A DNA stretch of 63,390 nt, counting the filler, from Octopus bimaculoides (taxonomy: Eukaryota), in assembly GCF_001194135.2 (NCBI RefSeq). It is 5 parts of 5 records of this genome, joined end to end, with 100 filler letters (N's around TTAATTAATTAA, not from the genome) between each part and the next. Parts side by side here need not be neighbours in the genome. Positions count along the whole stretch, not along the records: positions 1 to 20,369 come from NC_068985.1; positions 20,470 to 37,468 come from NC_068981.1; 3 more parts are not named here. One strand, given 5' to 3'. The notes beneath the pieces were generated by a model. It was not told where the DNA came from, searched no databases, and saw nothing but the letters and a program-made list of their open reading frames with translations. Numbering within the stretch: the first letter of the stretch is position 1; the number at the start of each line of letters is the position of its first letter. Made by a program: the position numbers and the translations under genes. Of this stretch, positions 12,588 to 25,300 are shown piece by piece.

Positions 12588-12900
12588 CAGGGGTTGGACA
12601 AAATAATGGAAACACCTTAAAAATTCAAGCAAATTTATTTTAATATGCGGTAGGACGGCCTTTGGCAGTAATTACAGCTTGAATTCTACGAAGTATGAAC
12701 TCGTACAAAGTTTGAATTGCTTCCAAAGGAATTTTTGTCCATTCTTCAGCTAAAACAGTCTCTAGTTCTTGTAGTGATGATGGCGGAGGATATCGATCCT
12801 TGCTTTTCTAAAATGCACCATAAATGTTCAATAATATTGAAATCCGGCAACTGTGGTGGCCACATAAGATGTTCAACTTCATTAGAATGTTCCTCGTGCT
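12588..12900 (-). mobile_element. Tc1 transposon 3' remnant
   Basis: TA + TIR caggggttggacaaaataatggaaacacc; minus-strand HLMWPPQLPDFNIIEHLWCILEKQ matches the Tc1 WPxxSPDLNxIEhlW motif. Confidence 0.8.
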
Positions 12901-12982
12901 TAAGTATATATATATGTATATGTATATATATATAAGCAATGTTAATTCTCTAAATGAAGTATTAACAGTCACTGCACGATAA

Positions 12983-13314
12983 AGTGTAGTACAATGCCAC
13001 TTAAGTGTGGCTGACCACTAGGGGTGGATGTTACTGTTGCTTTTAGCCCCAAGAGGACATCTCCTCCAGCTGGCTTATCGACACACTACTCTGTCCCGTT
13101 TGCCAAGGGAAGTTATCCCTCCCATCATGATCCGTAGCACGAACGGACGCGGGTCCGTTCGTGCTACGGATCATGATGGGAGGGATAACTTCCCTTGGCA
13201 AACGGGACACAGTAGTGTGTCGATAAGCCAGCTGGAGGAGATGTCCTCTTGGGGCTAAAAGCAACAGTAACATCCACCCCTAGGGGTCAGCCACACTTAA
13301 GTGGCAATATACTA

Positions 13315-13318
<4 letters not shown>
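12983..13318. repeat. Near-perfect 336-bp palindrome (166-bp arms, 4-nt loop), probable foldback MITE
   Basis: The arms are reverse complements with only a few mismatches, which is why ORFs 13028+ and 13043- are near-identical. Loop gcgg at 13149-13152; right end abuts (TA)n. Confidence 0.9.
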
Positions 13319-13351
<33 letters not shown>

Positions 13352-14053
13352 AAGTTTCAGCTTAGAGCTGCGGCCATGCTATGCACCACCGTGGCGCATA
13401 CATATATATATATATATATATAAACAATTAAATATAAGAAATAATAATTTCTTAAAGTATGTTTTAATCCCCATACACCCAGACTTTGTGGACACCCTGT
13501 ATATATATGTGTGTGTGTCTGTATATATATTTATATATATATATATATGAATATACACGCTACACCAATTTAAACACATACCGTATTGGACATAAACTTA
13601 ATATACCATTATACGTAAAGACAAGCACACACACACGTATGCATTCATACAGCTGATAGACTTTCAACGCAAGTACAATAAACTGTAACTTAAATTTAAA
13701 GCAAAGTACAATTTTTAAGTCTTTCGTTGGCGGTGAATTGTTACGTAGATTCGAATATATCTCGTTTTTGCTTCGTTAACGAATGTCGTGACACATTTAC
13801 TGGAGTTTTGATTCCACAACAGAAAACAACAGCATCAACAACTCTGTCTACGAAGAGGGCGTTGTGCAAGTCGGTATTTTTATCAATTTCGGGTTGGATA
13901 TTAGCTCGCGTGGTTAGACTGATTTGAATAACGAGTGATTATAAAGGGTTTAAATAATTCAAAGGAAAAGAAAACAATATACAATAAGAAAAGGGAAAAA
14001 CGCATGTATGAATCGTCCCCCATACACATATATGCGCGCGTGCACACAACCAA

Positions 14054-14119
<66 letters not shown>

Positions 14120-14679
14120 NNNNNNNNNNNNNNNNNNNNNNNNNNNNNNNNNNNNNNNNNNNNNNNNNNNNNNNNNNNNNNNNNNNNNNNNNNNNNNNNN
14201 NNNNNNNNNNNNNNNNNNNNNNNNNNNNNNNNNNNNNNNNNNNNNNNNNNNNNNNNNNNNNNNNNNNNNNNNNNNNNNNNNNNNNNNNNNNNNNNNNNNN
14301 NNNNNNNNNNNNNNNNNNNNNNNNNNNNNNNNNNNNNNNNNNNNNNNNNNNNNNNNNNNNNNNNNNNNNNNNNNNNNNNNNNNNNNNNNNNNNNNNNNNN
14401 NNNNNNNNNNNNNNNNNNNNNNNNNNNNNNNNNNNNNNNNNNNNNNNNNNNNNNNNNNNNNNNNNNNNNNNNNNNNNNNNNNNNNNNNNNNNNNNNNNNN
14501 NNNNNNNNNNNNNNNNNNNNNNNNNNNNNNNNNNNNNNNNNNNNNNNNNNNNNNNNNNNNNNNNNNNNNNNNNNNNNNNNNNNNNNNNNNNNNNNNNNNN
14601 NNNNNNNNNNNATATGTATGTATGTATATATATGTATACACATATGTATGTGTATGTATATATATATGTATATCTTGTA

Positions 14680-15860
14680 CTTTTTGTTCTCTTTTTCCTT
14701 CCTCTATCCTAAATAATCTCTCCAACTCTCCTTCCTGAAGTTGCATTTCCGAATCTTTCTCCACTGGAACAACCGGTATCTTTACTGGTAACTCCAATTT
14801 CTTTTTACTTTCCCTGTTTTCTTCCCTCCTACAAACCTCCATCACAGTTTCTTTTCTCACCTCTTCTCTCTTCTTTTTCTGCTTTTCTGGCGGAGAACTC
14901 ATTCCTTCGCTCCTCTTTTTTTTCTTTTTAACTATAGTAAATCCACTCTCTGTTTCTTTTTCTTTTTCTGTTTCTTTTTTTTTTTTGTTACCATGACCTG
15001 GTCCACACTCTCCTGCTTCTCCATCTGTTCTGCTTGTTGTACTCTTTGGGCGCACCACGCCTTCATGTAGCCCCTCTCTCCACATGTGAAACATTTCGGC
15101 GGCCTTCCCTCTACACTGACTCTTAATCCTACATCTTCTAGCAGCACAATCTCATCCACCACACACTGTTCAAATCCTCCGTAGTTGCCTGTATTGTCAA
15201 TTTAGTACCATATCCCCATATCCCCAGTCTTTCCATCCTTCATATTATGTTATTGATGTCATCAGCCATTCTTCATTTAATTCGAGTGGCACCCTACCCA
15301 CTCGCACTATGACCACACGTTTGCCGCAGTACGAAGGCAGGAGCATCCACTCTTCTGACCTTATCGCCTCTGTGGAGTGCTTTATTGCTTCCTCCTCTGT
15401 TGTGGAGCGCACCTCCACAGCGCCGTATCTCTTCCCTCTCCTAATGTATGTTGTAAATCTTTTCAACTCCTTGATACACTCCTCTATGGCTTCTATCGGC
15501 GCAATCTCTATTTTTCTTGTGGCTGTCTTCATCGCTTTAAATGTTACCGTTCTTTTTAACACGTTGGCCTATAAATCTTCAGGTGGCGTTAGCTTCAGAA
15601 TATTACCATCCTTAGTGATTAATTTTTCACTTTCCTTCATCTTTCGAGGCTCCACCTTTATCTCGCAGACCTCCAGCTCCTGCACGTCTACTCCTCTGCT
15701 TGTTGCGGCCGCATAACTTGGACCTCCCTCCTGCATCTTCTCCATTTTCCCACAATGGTGAAAAGAAACAACAATTAATAACGGCAACAGTTCTAACAAC
15801 AATTCAAATCAAATAACAATGGCAACAATTCGATAAATATTTCAAAATGAACTCACGCAA
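14680..15860 (-). mobile_element. L1/Tx1-like LINE ORF1 (gag-like) pseudogene with 5' UTR
   Basis: PSYAAATS N-terminus; RRM-like GAVEVRSTTEEEA; zinc knuckle CFTCGERGYMKAWC; Lys/Glu-rich tail. Interrupted by stops. Confidence 0.7.
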
Positions 15861-16568
15861 TAACTCCACAGCGGAGCATTTCGCCCGGCGTGCTAATGTT
15901 CCTGCCAGCTCACCGAATTATTCATATTTAAAATAATTTACAAACAATGTACTTCAAGATTATTCAACTCAGAGATATGAGTGGGCGAAATACATTTTCG
16001 GCGCCACAACGTATATCAGCCCAGAGGAATACTGGACATGTTCAAGTCGAGCTTGGAGTGACGTATTGCTCATTCGCGCCCTCAGTCATTCTAAGCTTCA
16101 AATTATCGTACTGAATTACATAATTATCCTAAATTACTTATTTTTTCAAATCCACAGGTTTTCCAATGCAAATTCCCTTAGAACTTTAAAACTTATTTAG
16201 TTTTCTAACAATAAAGAATGCAAGGAAAAACAGTAACTTAACCTTCTGTAAACAGTGAAAAGATGTGCCTTCGGAAGAATTTCATCAACTTAGCGCCGAA
16301 ACCTTGCTCTAGACTGTTCATCATACATTATACATTGCATTCTCTCTCTCTTTCCCACACACACATACACACGCACACACATACTTATTCAGAGGTGTAT
16401 GCACTGAGTTGATGTACAGACATCATAAAATATATCCATTGTATTTATGAGCTCGCTTATTAACACATTGTTAAACTCCAATAAATTATTACACCGCTAT
16501 AAATATTAATGAAATAAACTTTAATTTATACAGAGTATCGGTTAACAACTTATGTATACATATATATC

Positions 16569-16600
16569 TGAGGTCTGATCAATAAGTATCCAGACTGCAG
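16569..16600 (+). mobile_element. Isolated mariner-type TIR stub
   Basis: tgaggtctgatcaataagtatccagactg after a TA run; similar in style to the TIR at 37864. Confidence 0.4.
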
Positions 16601-16604
16601 TCGT

Positions 16605-17360
16605 GGATCAAACAGAGACCGAGGCTAGGTGAATGGCACCGCAAGTGCTGTCTTGCTCTCAAGCAACTCTGCCGTCTGGGACCAAATTTGTGCGACTTCA
16701 ATTCCACAAAGGCGTTCTACAGAAGATTAATGGATGGGAGGTGTGACGACGTTCTCGTGCAGAATCTAGGCGTCGACGAGGAACACCTGACTCGCCTGTT
16801 CAGGACAACTTTCGGGCCGGGACCTATGGACAGGACAATCACTAGAGATCCCTGGCCTGGCAGTGCTATCGAGAAGCATTACCTGCTCGGGATAAGCTCT
16901 ACAGGCACGGTTCGAGACACACCAAACCAACTTGCTCGAGATGCAGTCAGAGCGCCGAAACCACTCTGCACATACTCGTGCGGTGTCCAACCATTTTGGA
17001 CCTGTGGGCTTATGCCGAGCGGCTGCCGTCCCGTGTGGGACGAGTTTGCTTGTCGGCCGAGACTATGGTGATAACTGCTCTGCAACCTTCCCTTAACCGG
17101 GAAGGCAGTTCATCGTACTGGTGGCCATGGTGAAAGAATGTCTGGTGGACACGAGCGAAAGGTTTAGAGACAAACACTTACCTCTCTCGCCAATCGCTCA
17201 ACAACTTTTTCAAGTACCACTTGAAAAGGAAGTTTAGAATAGAGAGGCAAGTTTTGTCTTGTGAAAGTTTCAATAAAAGGTGGCTGAATGTAGCAAAGAT
17301 GGTACGTGCGAATGACAAAACCACTTTGAGCATGATCCTGTAAATCTAAGAGAAAGAGAA

Positions 17361-17419
<59 letters not shown>

Positions 17420-17690
17420 TCTGCTCCCATGTGTCTATTCCTTCCCTGCCCGAGGTTTCCGTGGTCTTTTCTGTAGGTTTTTCTTCCCACGAATAAACCT
17501 AATCTTTCTTTTTTCATTTTAAATATTTTCTGTGATGCACGATTCCTTTTGATCGTTTATTTTTTTTCACGATCCATCCCTTTTAATCAAAATTTTATTT
17601 TTCCTCCATTTTTTTCTATTTTTTTAAAAAAAGCTGTACATTATATTTTGTCCCCTCCGTCTTCTGCCTTGTGTGGCTAATAAAGAAACT
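16605..17690 (+). mobile_element. L1/Tx1-like LINE, 5'-truncated ORF2 C-terminus plus 3' UTR
   Basis: SLAWQCYREALPARDKLYRHG..TCSRCSQSAETTLHILVRCP (zf-RVT-like), NFFKYHLKRKFRIERQVL..FNKRW. 3' UTR ends ...ggctaataaagaaa before (TATG)n. Confidence 0.8.
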
Positions 17691-17762
17691 TATGTATGTA
17701 TGTATGTATGTATGTATGTATGTATGTATGTATGTATGTATGTATGTATGTATGTATGTATG

Positions 17763-17796
<34 letters not shown>

Positions 17797-18139
17797 AATC
17801 AAAATAAGCAACAAAGATATCCAGAGGTAATGCAGTATGATTGTTTCACACAACTCCATTTAATTAAAGAATGCAAAGATTACATCAATCTAAATGCAGA
17901 GCAATCTTCAGCTGCACAAAGACACAGAATTTAAATAAATTATAAACGATGGACACATTAGTATAATTTTACCTAAAATCCCCAAGAAGTTAAGGAGATA
18001 GACAAAGAACATGCTGCCTTCCCTTCAGCTTAGAAGCTACTAAGGTACCAGGAAGAAAGACTTGTGAGAGACTTTTGCTTGTCACTGTTTTCTTTTTATG
18101 GGGTCAGTTTTAATTTAAGTTTTAGTTGCCGAGCGGATG

Positions 18140-18450
18140 TTAACATAAAGCTGAAGATCAGTGACAAAGAGAACACCTATGCTGAGCTATTAAGAAATCT
18201 GTATTTACTCTATCTAGATTACAAGTTCAGGTTTATACCTGTAATTATTGGAGCCCTGAGATATGNNNNNNNNNNCATACATACATACACACATACGTAC
18301 ATACATACGTACATACATACATACAAAAATACCCTGTTGTTGATGTCGACATTCCAATGAAGGGATCTTGGATCTAGATTAGAAACCGGTTCTTTCTCTA
18401 TTATCTTGAAATAAACTGAATAATGACATACATACATACACACACACANN
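18140..18450 (+). mobile_element. 3' end of an R4-like LINE (second family), copy A
   Basis: KENTYAELLRNLYLLYLDYKFRFIPVIIGAL plus a 3' UTR matching 19740-20185. Confidence 0.7.
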
Positions 18451-18740
18451 NNNNNNNNGAAGTTTATCATTTAAATATATATGAGTATGTCTAGATATGT
18501 AACTATATACATGAGAATACATACATAAAACATACATACATACACACACATACATACATTCATACATACATACTACATACATATATACATTCATACATAC
18601 ATACATACATACATACACACATACGTACATACATACGTACATACATACANNNNNNNNNNNNNNNNNNNNNNNNNNNNNNNNNNNNNNNNNCTATTATCTT
18701 GAAATAAACTGAATAATGACATACATACATACACACACAC

Positions 18741-20185
18741 AGTCGAAAAATATTGTACAAGAAACTCTCTGCATTCAATAAAACAGTGGCCCACAATGTG
18801 TTTGCAGTGTCAGTACTCATACCAGCATGTGGGATGCTTGACTGGACGCTTGATGAGATACGAGCCATTGGTGTGAAAACCCTAAAAGTACTAACAAGCA
18901 CACATAATTTCCAAATAAACAGTGACATAAACTGCTTCTATCTAAGTTGAAAACAAGTGGTGCAGACGCTTAACATCGATACCAACTACCTTTGAATGTT
19001 GCATCATATCCCTTCGGCAACATCTTTTAACCACCAAGTGTGGAAGTGCATCCCTTGTCCAAGTTTACATACATGAGACTGATAACATCATGAGACTTCG
19101 AAGGCAGCTCTTTGAACAGCATTTCTTGACTGATAACCTTAAATACATCCTCAAAGGTGTCGCACAACTCTACCGCTGTGTATCATCAGATGAAAGAATG
19201 AGCGTGTACTTGAGCAGAATACTATGCATGGATATGTTAATAGAAAGCCCCGGATTGATAGTAACATTGATCATCAAAGCTGACTATCAGTGACCAACAA
19301 CCGGATTACTAACTCCCACTGTGAAAGGTATGCGTTTGCAATGCAGGAACAGGAAATATCAACCAAATACTTAATGCCCAAAAGGGACAGAGACGCAGGA
19401 AATGCAGTGAAATTTGATAATCGATTCAGATTTTGTGGGGTTAACACTGAAGATCTCACCCATTTTAGAGGCAGTTGTCCGAAAATGTCATCACGGTATT
19501 ATCTACCGATGAAACATTTCGTAGCTAGGACACTGTATGAGATCCGTCGCAAAGATGACAACGAAGCCAAAGAAATAAGAATCCGCAGTATGGTAGAAGC
19601 GATATCCACTCAAAATCAAATGGATTACTGATGGAATGTCCTAGTGAAAACCTCAATAAAACGTAAGCGTAACAGATCTGATATAATGATTTGGGATAGA
19701 GAAGAGAATGGGTGTAGAGTTGTGGAAATCAACCAAAGATCAGCGAAAAAGAACATACTTGCACTGAACTATTGAGTAATGTCTAGTTACTCTATCCAGA
19801 TTACAAGTTCATGTTAATACCTGTAATTATTGGGATAGTGGCATATGGAACACAATGCCTAAATACCAATCTTGAGAAATTAATCTTCTCAAAATCAGAA
19901 GGGTGAAAATTGATTCGAAGACTACAGATCCAAGCTATCACTGGAACTGTAAAAAGCTATAAGCCTTTCCAGAATTTTGATCATTTAAGTATATATGAGC
20001 ATATCTAGACATGTAACTATATGCACGAGAATACATACATACGTAAATACATACATGCATATAAACATGCATACAAAAATACACTGTTGATGTTGTTGAA
20101 ATTCCAATGGAGGGCACTGGTATCTAGGATAGAAGCCGAATCTTTCTCTATGTGCATGAAATCTTGAAATAGAAGTGAATAATCA
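18741..20185 (+). mobile_element. R4-like LINE (second family), copy B: RT C-terminus, zinc finger, RLE endonuclease, 3' UTR
   Basis: LSAFNKTVAHNVFAVSVL..LDWT; YAFAMQEQEISTKYL; EDLTHFRGSCPKMSSRYYLPM; NRSDIMIWDRE..CRVVEI (PD..D/E-type). Many stops. Confidence 0.75.
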
Positions 20186-20369
20186 CACACACGTTTAAAA
20201 TGTCTCTATACGGACAATTTGAAAAATTAAATAATGGAGGCCTTGACACACCCAATTCGGAAACCTGATTCGAAAATGTTCGTCTCATTCTGTTTTAACT
20301 AACATTTTTAATTAGTTAATAACTTTGAAGAAAATCTTTCTTCATATATGTATATATATATATATATAT

Positions 20370-20469
20370 NNNNNNNNNNNNNNNNNNNNNNNNNNNNNNN
20401 NNNNNNNNNNNNNTTAATTAATTAANNNNNNNNNNNNNNNNNNNNNNNNNNNNNNNNNNNNNNNNNNNN
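20370..20469. other. 100-bp unsized scaffold join with TTAATTAATTAA linker (also at 37513, 39719, 62125)
   Basis: An identical 12-mer, giving stops in all frames, sits between N runs four times. Confidence 0.85.
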
Positions 20470-20592
20470 AGAAGAAGAAGAAGAAGAAGAAGAAGAAGAA
20501 GAAGAAGAAGAAGAAGAAGAAGAAGAAGAAGAAGAAGAAGAAGAAGAAGAAGAAGAAGAAGAAGAAGAAGAAGAAGAAGAAGAAGAAGAAGA
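20470..20592. repeat. (GAA)n microsatellite, representative of dozens of (TA)n, (CA)n, (GA)n, (TATG)n, (TATC)n, (TTA)n and (TAC)n tracts
   Basis: Direct reading. Confidence 0.95.
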
Positions 20593-22305
20593 ATTGTTGC
20601 AGCAGAAAATATGGGTGTTGATGTCAAGAAGAAGAAACATAATGGGAGTAACAAAAGAAAAGATCCATGGTGGAGAAGAACCCAGGCTCTCGAAGGACAT
20701 TTTTGTGTTAGGCCGAAAAGAAAAGGAGGGGCTTAAAAGCGAACAAAAATACAGGGCACTGTACAGGAAGTATAATATTGACAGAAAGGGCCTGAAAGTG
20801 GTAATGGAAGAACTCGAACAGCGCCTTGTTGCAAAGAAAGCAAATATGGTAACATACGACCAAAGAATGAAGGCTTAACAGCAGAATAGGTTATTCAGAG
20901 TAGATCAGAAGAGATTTTACAAAGAAATAAATGGAGAGTGTACCGATAAAAAGTTAATACCAGATAACATTGAAAGTCAAAGGAGTTGGAGTGACATCTG
21001 GAGCAAAGACAAGGAGCACAAGAAGGATGCTGAATGGTTGCAAGAACTGAAACAAACAGTAGTCTGTCCAAAATAGGCAGAACTATCATTTAGGGACGTG
21101 AAGGAAATCAGCAAAAAATGGGCAACTGGAGCACCCCGGGGCCAGATGGAGTTCAAGGCTACTGAATCAAAAGATTTGGTGAATGTCATGCACGAATACC
21201 TGCATTACTCAGCATTTTGTTAAATGCCGACCAAGTACCAACAGAGTGGTTGACAATGGGTAGGACAGTGCTGTGCTTGAAAAACATAGAAAAAGGCAAT
21301 ACGGTAGACAATTACAGGCCGATATCCTGCTTGCTATCTATGTAGAAATTATTGACTGGAATAGTCGCAGAGTTAATGAACGGACTTCTGGAAAAGAATA
21401 TAGTCATGTCACATGAGCAGAAGGGTTGCAAGCCTAACTGAAGAGGCACCAAGGATCATCACCTGGTAGACAAAACTGTATTTAGAGACTGCAAAAGGAG
21501 GAAAACTAACTTAGCCATGTCATGGATCGATTACCGTAAAGCGTACGATATGATCCCAATATGAACAGATTTAGTTTTGCATCAAATGTTGAGCGATTGC
21601 TTGGGGAAAAAATGGCGTAGCGGAAGACGGAACTGACAGCGTATGGAAGAAGTTTAGGGACAATAGAAATCAGGAGAGGACTCTTCCAAGGGGACTGCCT
21701 GCCCCTACTGATCTTTTTATTGAGAATGATACCACTACCACTGATTCTGAGGAAAGCACAGGTGGGGTATGTATTCAAAAGCTGCCAACAAAAAGTCAAC
21801 CACTTGTTATTCATGGATGACCTCAAAGTTTATGGTAAAGATGAATTCCAAGTTAGTTCCCTCATTGATACGATGTATACTTTCAGTGATGATATCAGAT
21901 TGGAGTTCGGACTGCAAAAAATGTGGTGGGTTAGTCTTGAAGAGAGGCAAAATCAAATGCGACCATGAGACAGAGAATAGGAAGCCAGACATAGTCTTAA
22001 TTGAGAAAGAAAACAAACTATGCTGGATCATAGATATACCATGCCCAGCTGACAACAAAATATGTGATAAGGAAGAAAGAAAAGTCGTGAGATATGACAG
22101 GTTAGCATGGGAGGTTAAGCAGCTGTGGTCGATGAAAAAGGTAGCATCAGTGACAATAATTGTCGGAGACCTGGAAGCAGTGAGTAAAAATGTTGAAAAA
22201 TACGTGGAACAAATAGGGGTACCGCAAAAGAAATCGATAGGCTTTAAAAGATAAGTTTTGGGATTCTTCACGGTGGTGCCTTAGGATGGCCGTAGTGTAA
22301 TAACT
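20593..22305 (+). mobile_element. R4/Dong-like LINE with RT and RLE endonuclease, carrying an internal deletion at 21960/21961
   Basis: [52 protein letters not shown], then directly DHETENRKPDIVL..IIDIPCP. Preceded by (GAA)n. Confidence 0.85.
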
Positions 22306-25300
22306 GAAACAAATAAAAGATAACTGATACTCGTATACAATAACTCGACTTTAGTTAAGGTGACGTAGTACAGAAAAAATAAGATTGTAGAAGAGAGTTC
22401 GAACAAAATTGTGAAATTGTCACGTGAACTCAGCTACCTAACTGGTTGAAATGTTAGAAAGTGCACTAAAAATGTATTTGTGCTTAGGGGTAATATGAAA
22501 GCATGTGGTGGGGTGGAATTTGGCACTCGCTTGGGAAAGTGTAGACTTCTATATCAGTGAAATTTTTGAGGTGAAATTTAACATGACGTTTACAAGCTCC
22601 AGGTCAATCCTCATTGATCAGGCGAATGATCAAAACGTTCGAGCCATTAACATTCTACTTTTTTTCATATCACGAAATATGATGCACAATGAATTCACCA
22701 GTCTTATTTAATTCAGTCAGAAACTCAAAGAAAGGTTATATATCATAAGGACCAAATAATAATTTCCTTTCTTTTAATAGTAATTTCTTTTAACTAATAT
22801 CCTAAAGGAAATATTACAAAACAGCAACGATAAAAACTTCTGAATGAAAGATTAAGATATGCGTCAAGAACACCTAATATAATCTAGTCTATTAATTTAT
22901 GATCTTCAATGTACACGGTGAAGTATACGGCATACAAAGACCATGACTTGAATATTTAAACACCAATAACCTTAAATATACAAATGGTAATTCCTTATTA
23001 ACTTACTATAGAGATGAAAGGAACGCCCTATATAAAATGGGTGTAAAGACAGAATCAATGTAATCAGAAAGAAATAAGAGTCACCCAAGAAAAATATTAC
23101 AATTGAGGAAGAGCCAAAAAAAAAAAAAGACACCAAAGATAATATACTTAGCGTATAAGCTAACAGAAAATTAGAAATACAAAGCAGAAAGTACAAGCAT
23201 TTAGATAGCAAGAGAACATTTGGAGAAGTGTCAAATGTTTGGCATTTTTCCAAAGATTCTAACATATAGAAATATTATTACCGGATCCGGAAACAGATTA
23301 GTAAGATATATTTAATTCACTCTACTTTATGAACCTAAATCATGTATATTAACAAAGTATTATCAAATAGACAGGAAACCTTTTAGATGTGGGTGTATAA
23401 AAGAGTTTTGCGATCGCATGAATTGACCACAATAATTAAATACTTAGACTTGTATATTTTAAGAAAATTTTATTGGACACCATCAGATGTGGAACACTAA
23501 AATATTTTGCACACTTAATTCGGAAAAAATGGTTTATAGAAACTGTTAACAGCCAGCTAAGTGAATGGGAAAAAAGATAAGGTAAAACCAACTGTTGCAA
23601 GACGTTAAGAAATAAATGGATTACAGGCCAGCGATTGCATAAGGTTAGTAGTAGTGAGATCAACATAATCATCCATAGAATTCAACTAGCTGAAAGTTGA
23701 CCGTGGGTAATCATGACGAGGGTAAGATTTGAGAGAGGTCTTACCTTAGATCATGTCATGACTACGTCCTTAGCTTGAAATTGCATTTATATAAAGCAAA
23801 GGTAAAACAATACAGTTGTAACTGAAATTGGTTTGCTGTAGCTGGATATGGTGTTATAAATAAAAAAGAAAGAAAAAAGGGGGAAAAGAGAGGGTGAGAG
23901 TGGGAGAACGTTAGCTAGATAGAATGAGGGAGATTGGTAAAGGTAATAAAAAAATCAGAAAACAATAATTACAAAATGCCTATGTCTGACATGAAAATAA
24001 TTCAATACTGACGTGTTTAGTTCTAGTAGATTTTTAAAGACTTTCTGTTATCACCTTTTATATTTCTCTGAAAATAACAAATACTTTTGTGTAAATATAA
24101 CCTGTGTTATGCGAAACAGTACTGGATACGCTATATGACCAGACATTGCAGTAAATTGTAGATATTTCAATTTACTGTCACATTGCGTTGAAAGAAGTTC
24201 AACTCAATAATCTTATTCGAAGACCAATATTGAATATAACGGCTGATTGTTAACAGAAGTGAAATATCTCTCAAACACTTGATCACTTATTCCTGTATTT
24301 GTTACTTATTTCTTTGAACTAATTGGTAAGGTATGGAAGCCTCAGCGTTGTCGCTTGACCTTTAAGGATTTGCAGCTTAATCTTCTGCAAATAACATTCT
24401 GTTCGGTTAAAAAATTGGACATGTTAAACAACGTCACTCTAATTAAATGTAACAAATTACGTGAAGCCCAAGACTAAAATAAATCTTATAATGCTGACTT
24501 GACATTAAACAACAACTTTGAGTCGAGTCTTAGCAGCCATTTTGGATAAATCAGTAATTGATATCTATTAGTTAACTGTTGTTAAATCATTAAGCTTTAA
24601 TGACTAGGAAAAGATCACACAACATTAAATATAAATCCTGTCTGACTCACATGACTTCAATGCATGGCTAATATTATAGTTATTTCTAAAGTGGAATGTC
24701 TTTTGTTTCTGGGTTTTGAATATAAATGACCAGTTCACATAGAAACGTCCACAGATACGTACATACACATAGCTATATCAAACATTATAAACTTATACAC
24801 ATATTAATGAAATAAATAAATCTTTGTTGGGAATTTGTTCTAAAGTTTAGATTCAGCACAAAATAATTTGCCTTTTTAATTAGACAAAACATCAATGAAA
24901 ATTATGAATAAGGTTTGGCTGTTTCTTTCATCTTTTTCATTTGAAATCATAATTAAGAATTATATGAAAAGAAACTAAAGATAAGTGCAATGAAAGAGAA
25001 TATAATTCAATAAATTAATATATAATTAAAAATGATACAAATAAAAATCTTTTTACGTTACCATATTTTGTTTTCCATAAACAGCTTATAATATGATGAC
25101 ATATATTGTTACCGTTTTATTTCTAAAGCCTGCTTATATTATGATGCCTGACAACATATAAGCATCAAGAAAATTTATCAAAGAAAAACAATATCATTAA
25201 GAGTAAAGAGATTTAAATCAAATATAATTATTGAATATGTCCAAAAAGTTTTCGATTACAAAGAAAATTAAGCAATATGGTCGTATTCATACAGCAAGCA

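Noticed and set aside
13028-13273. Twin 76-aa ORFs on opposite strands
   Set aside because: A by-product of the palindrome; non-ATG start and no protein-like features.
18691-18740. Exact repeat of 18399-18448 next to a gap
   Set aside because: Probably an assembly overlap duplicated around a microsatellite gap.
22972-23265. Hydrophobic 97-aa ORF with a phase-1 GTAAGT donor as an alternative first exon
   Set aside because: Hydrophobicity comes from an A-rich plus strand with a homopolymer run; no ATG start and no signal-peptide layout.
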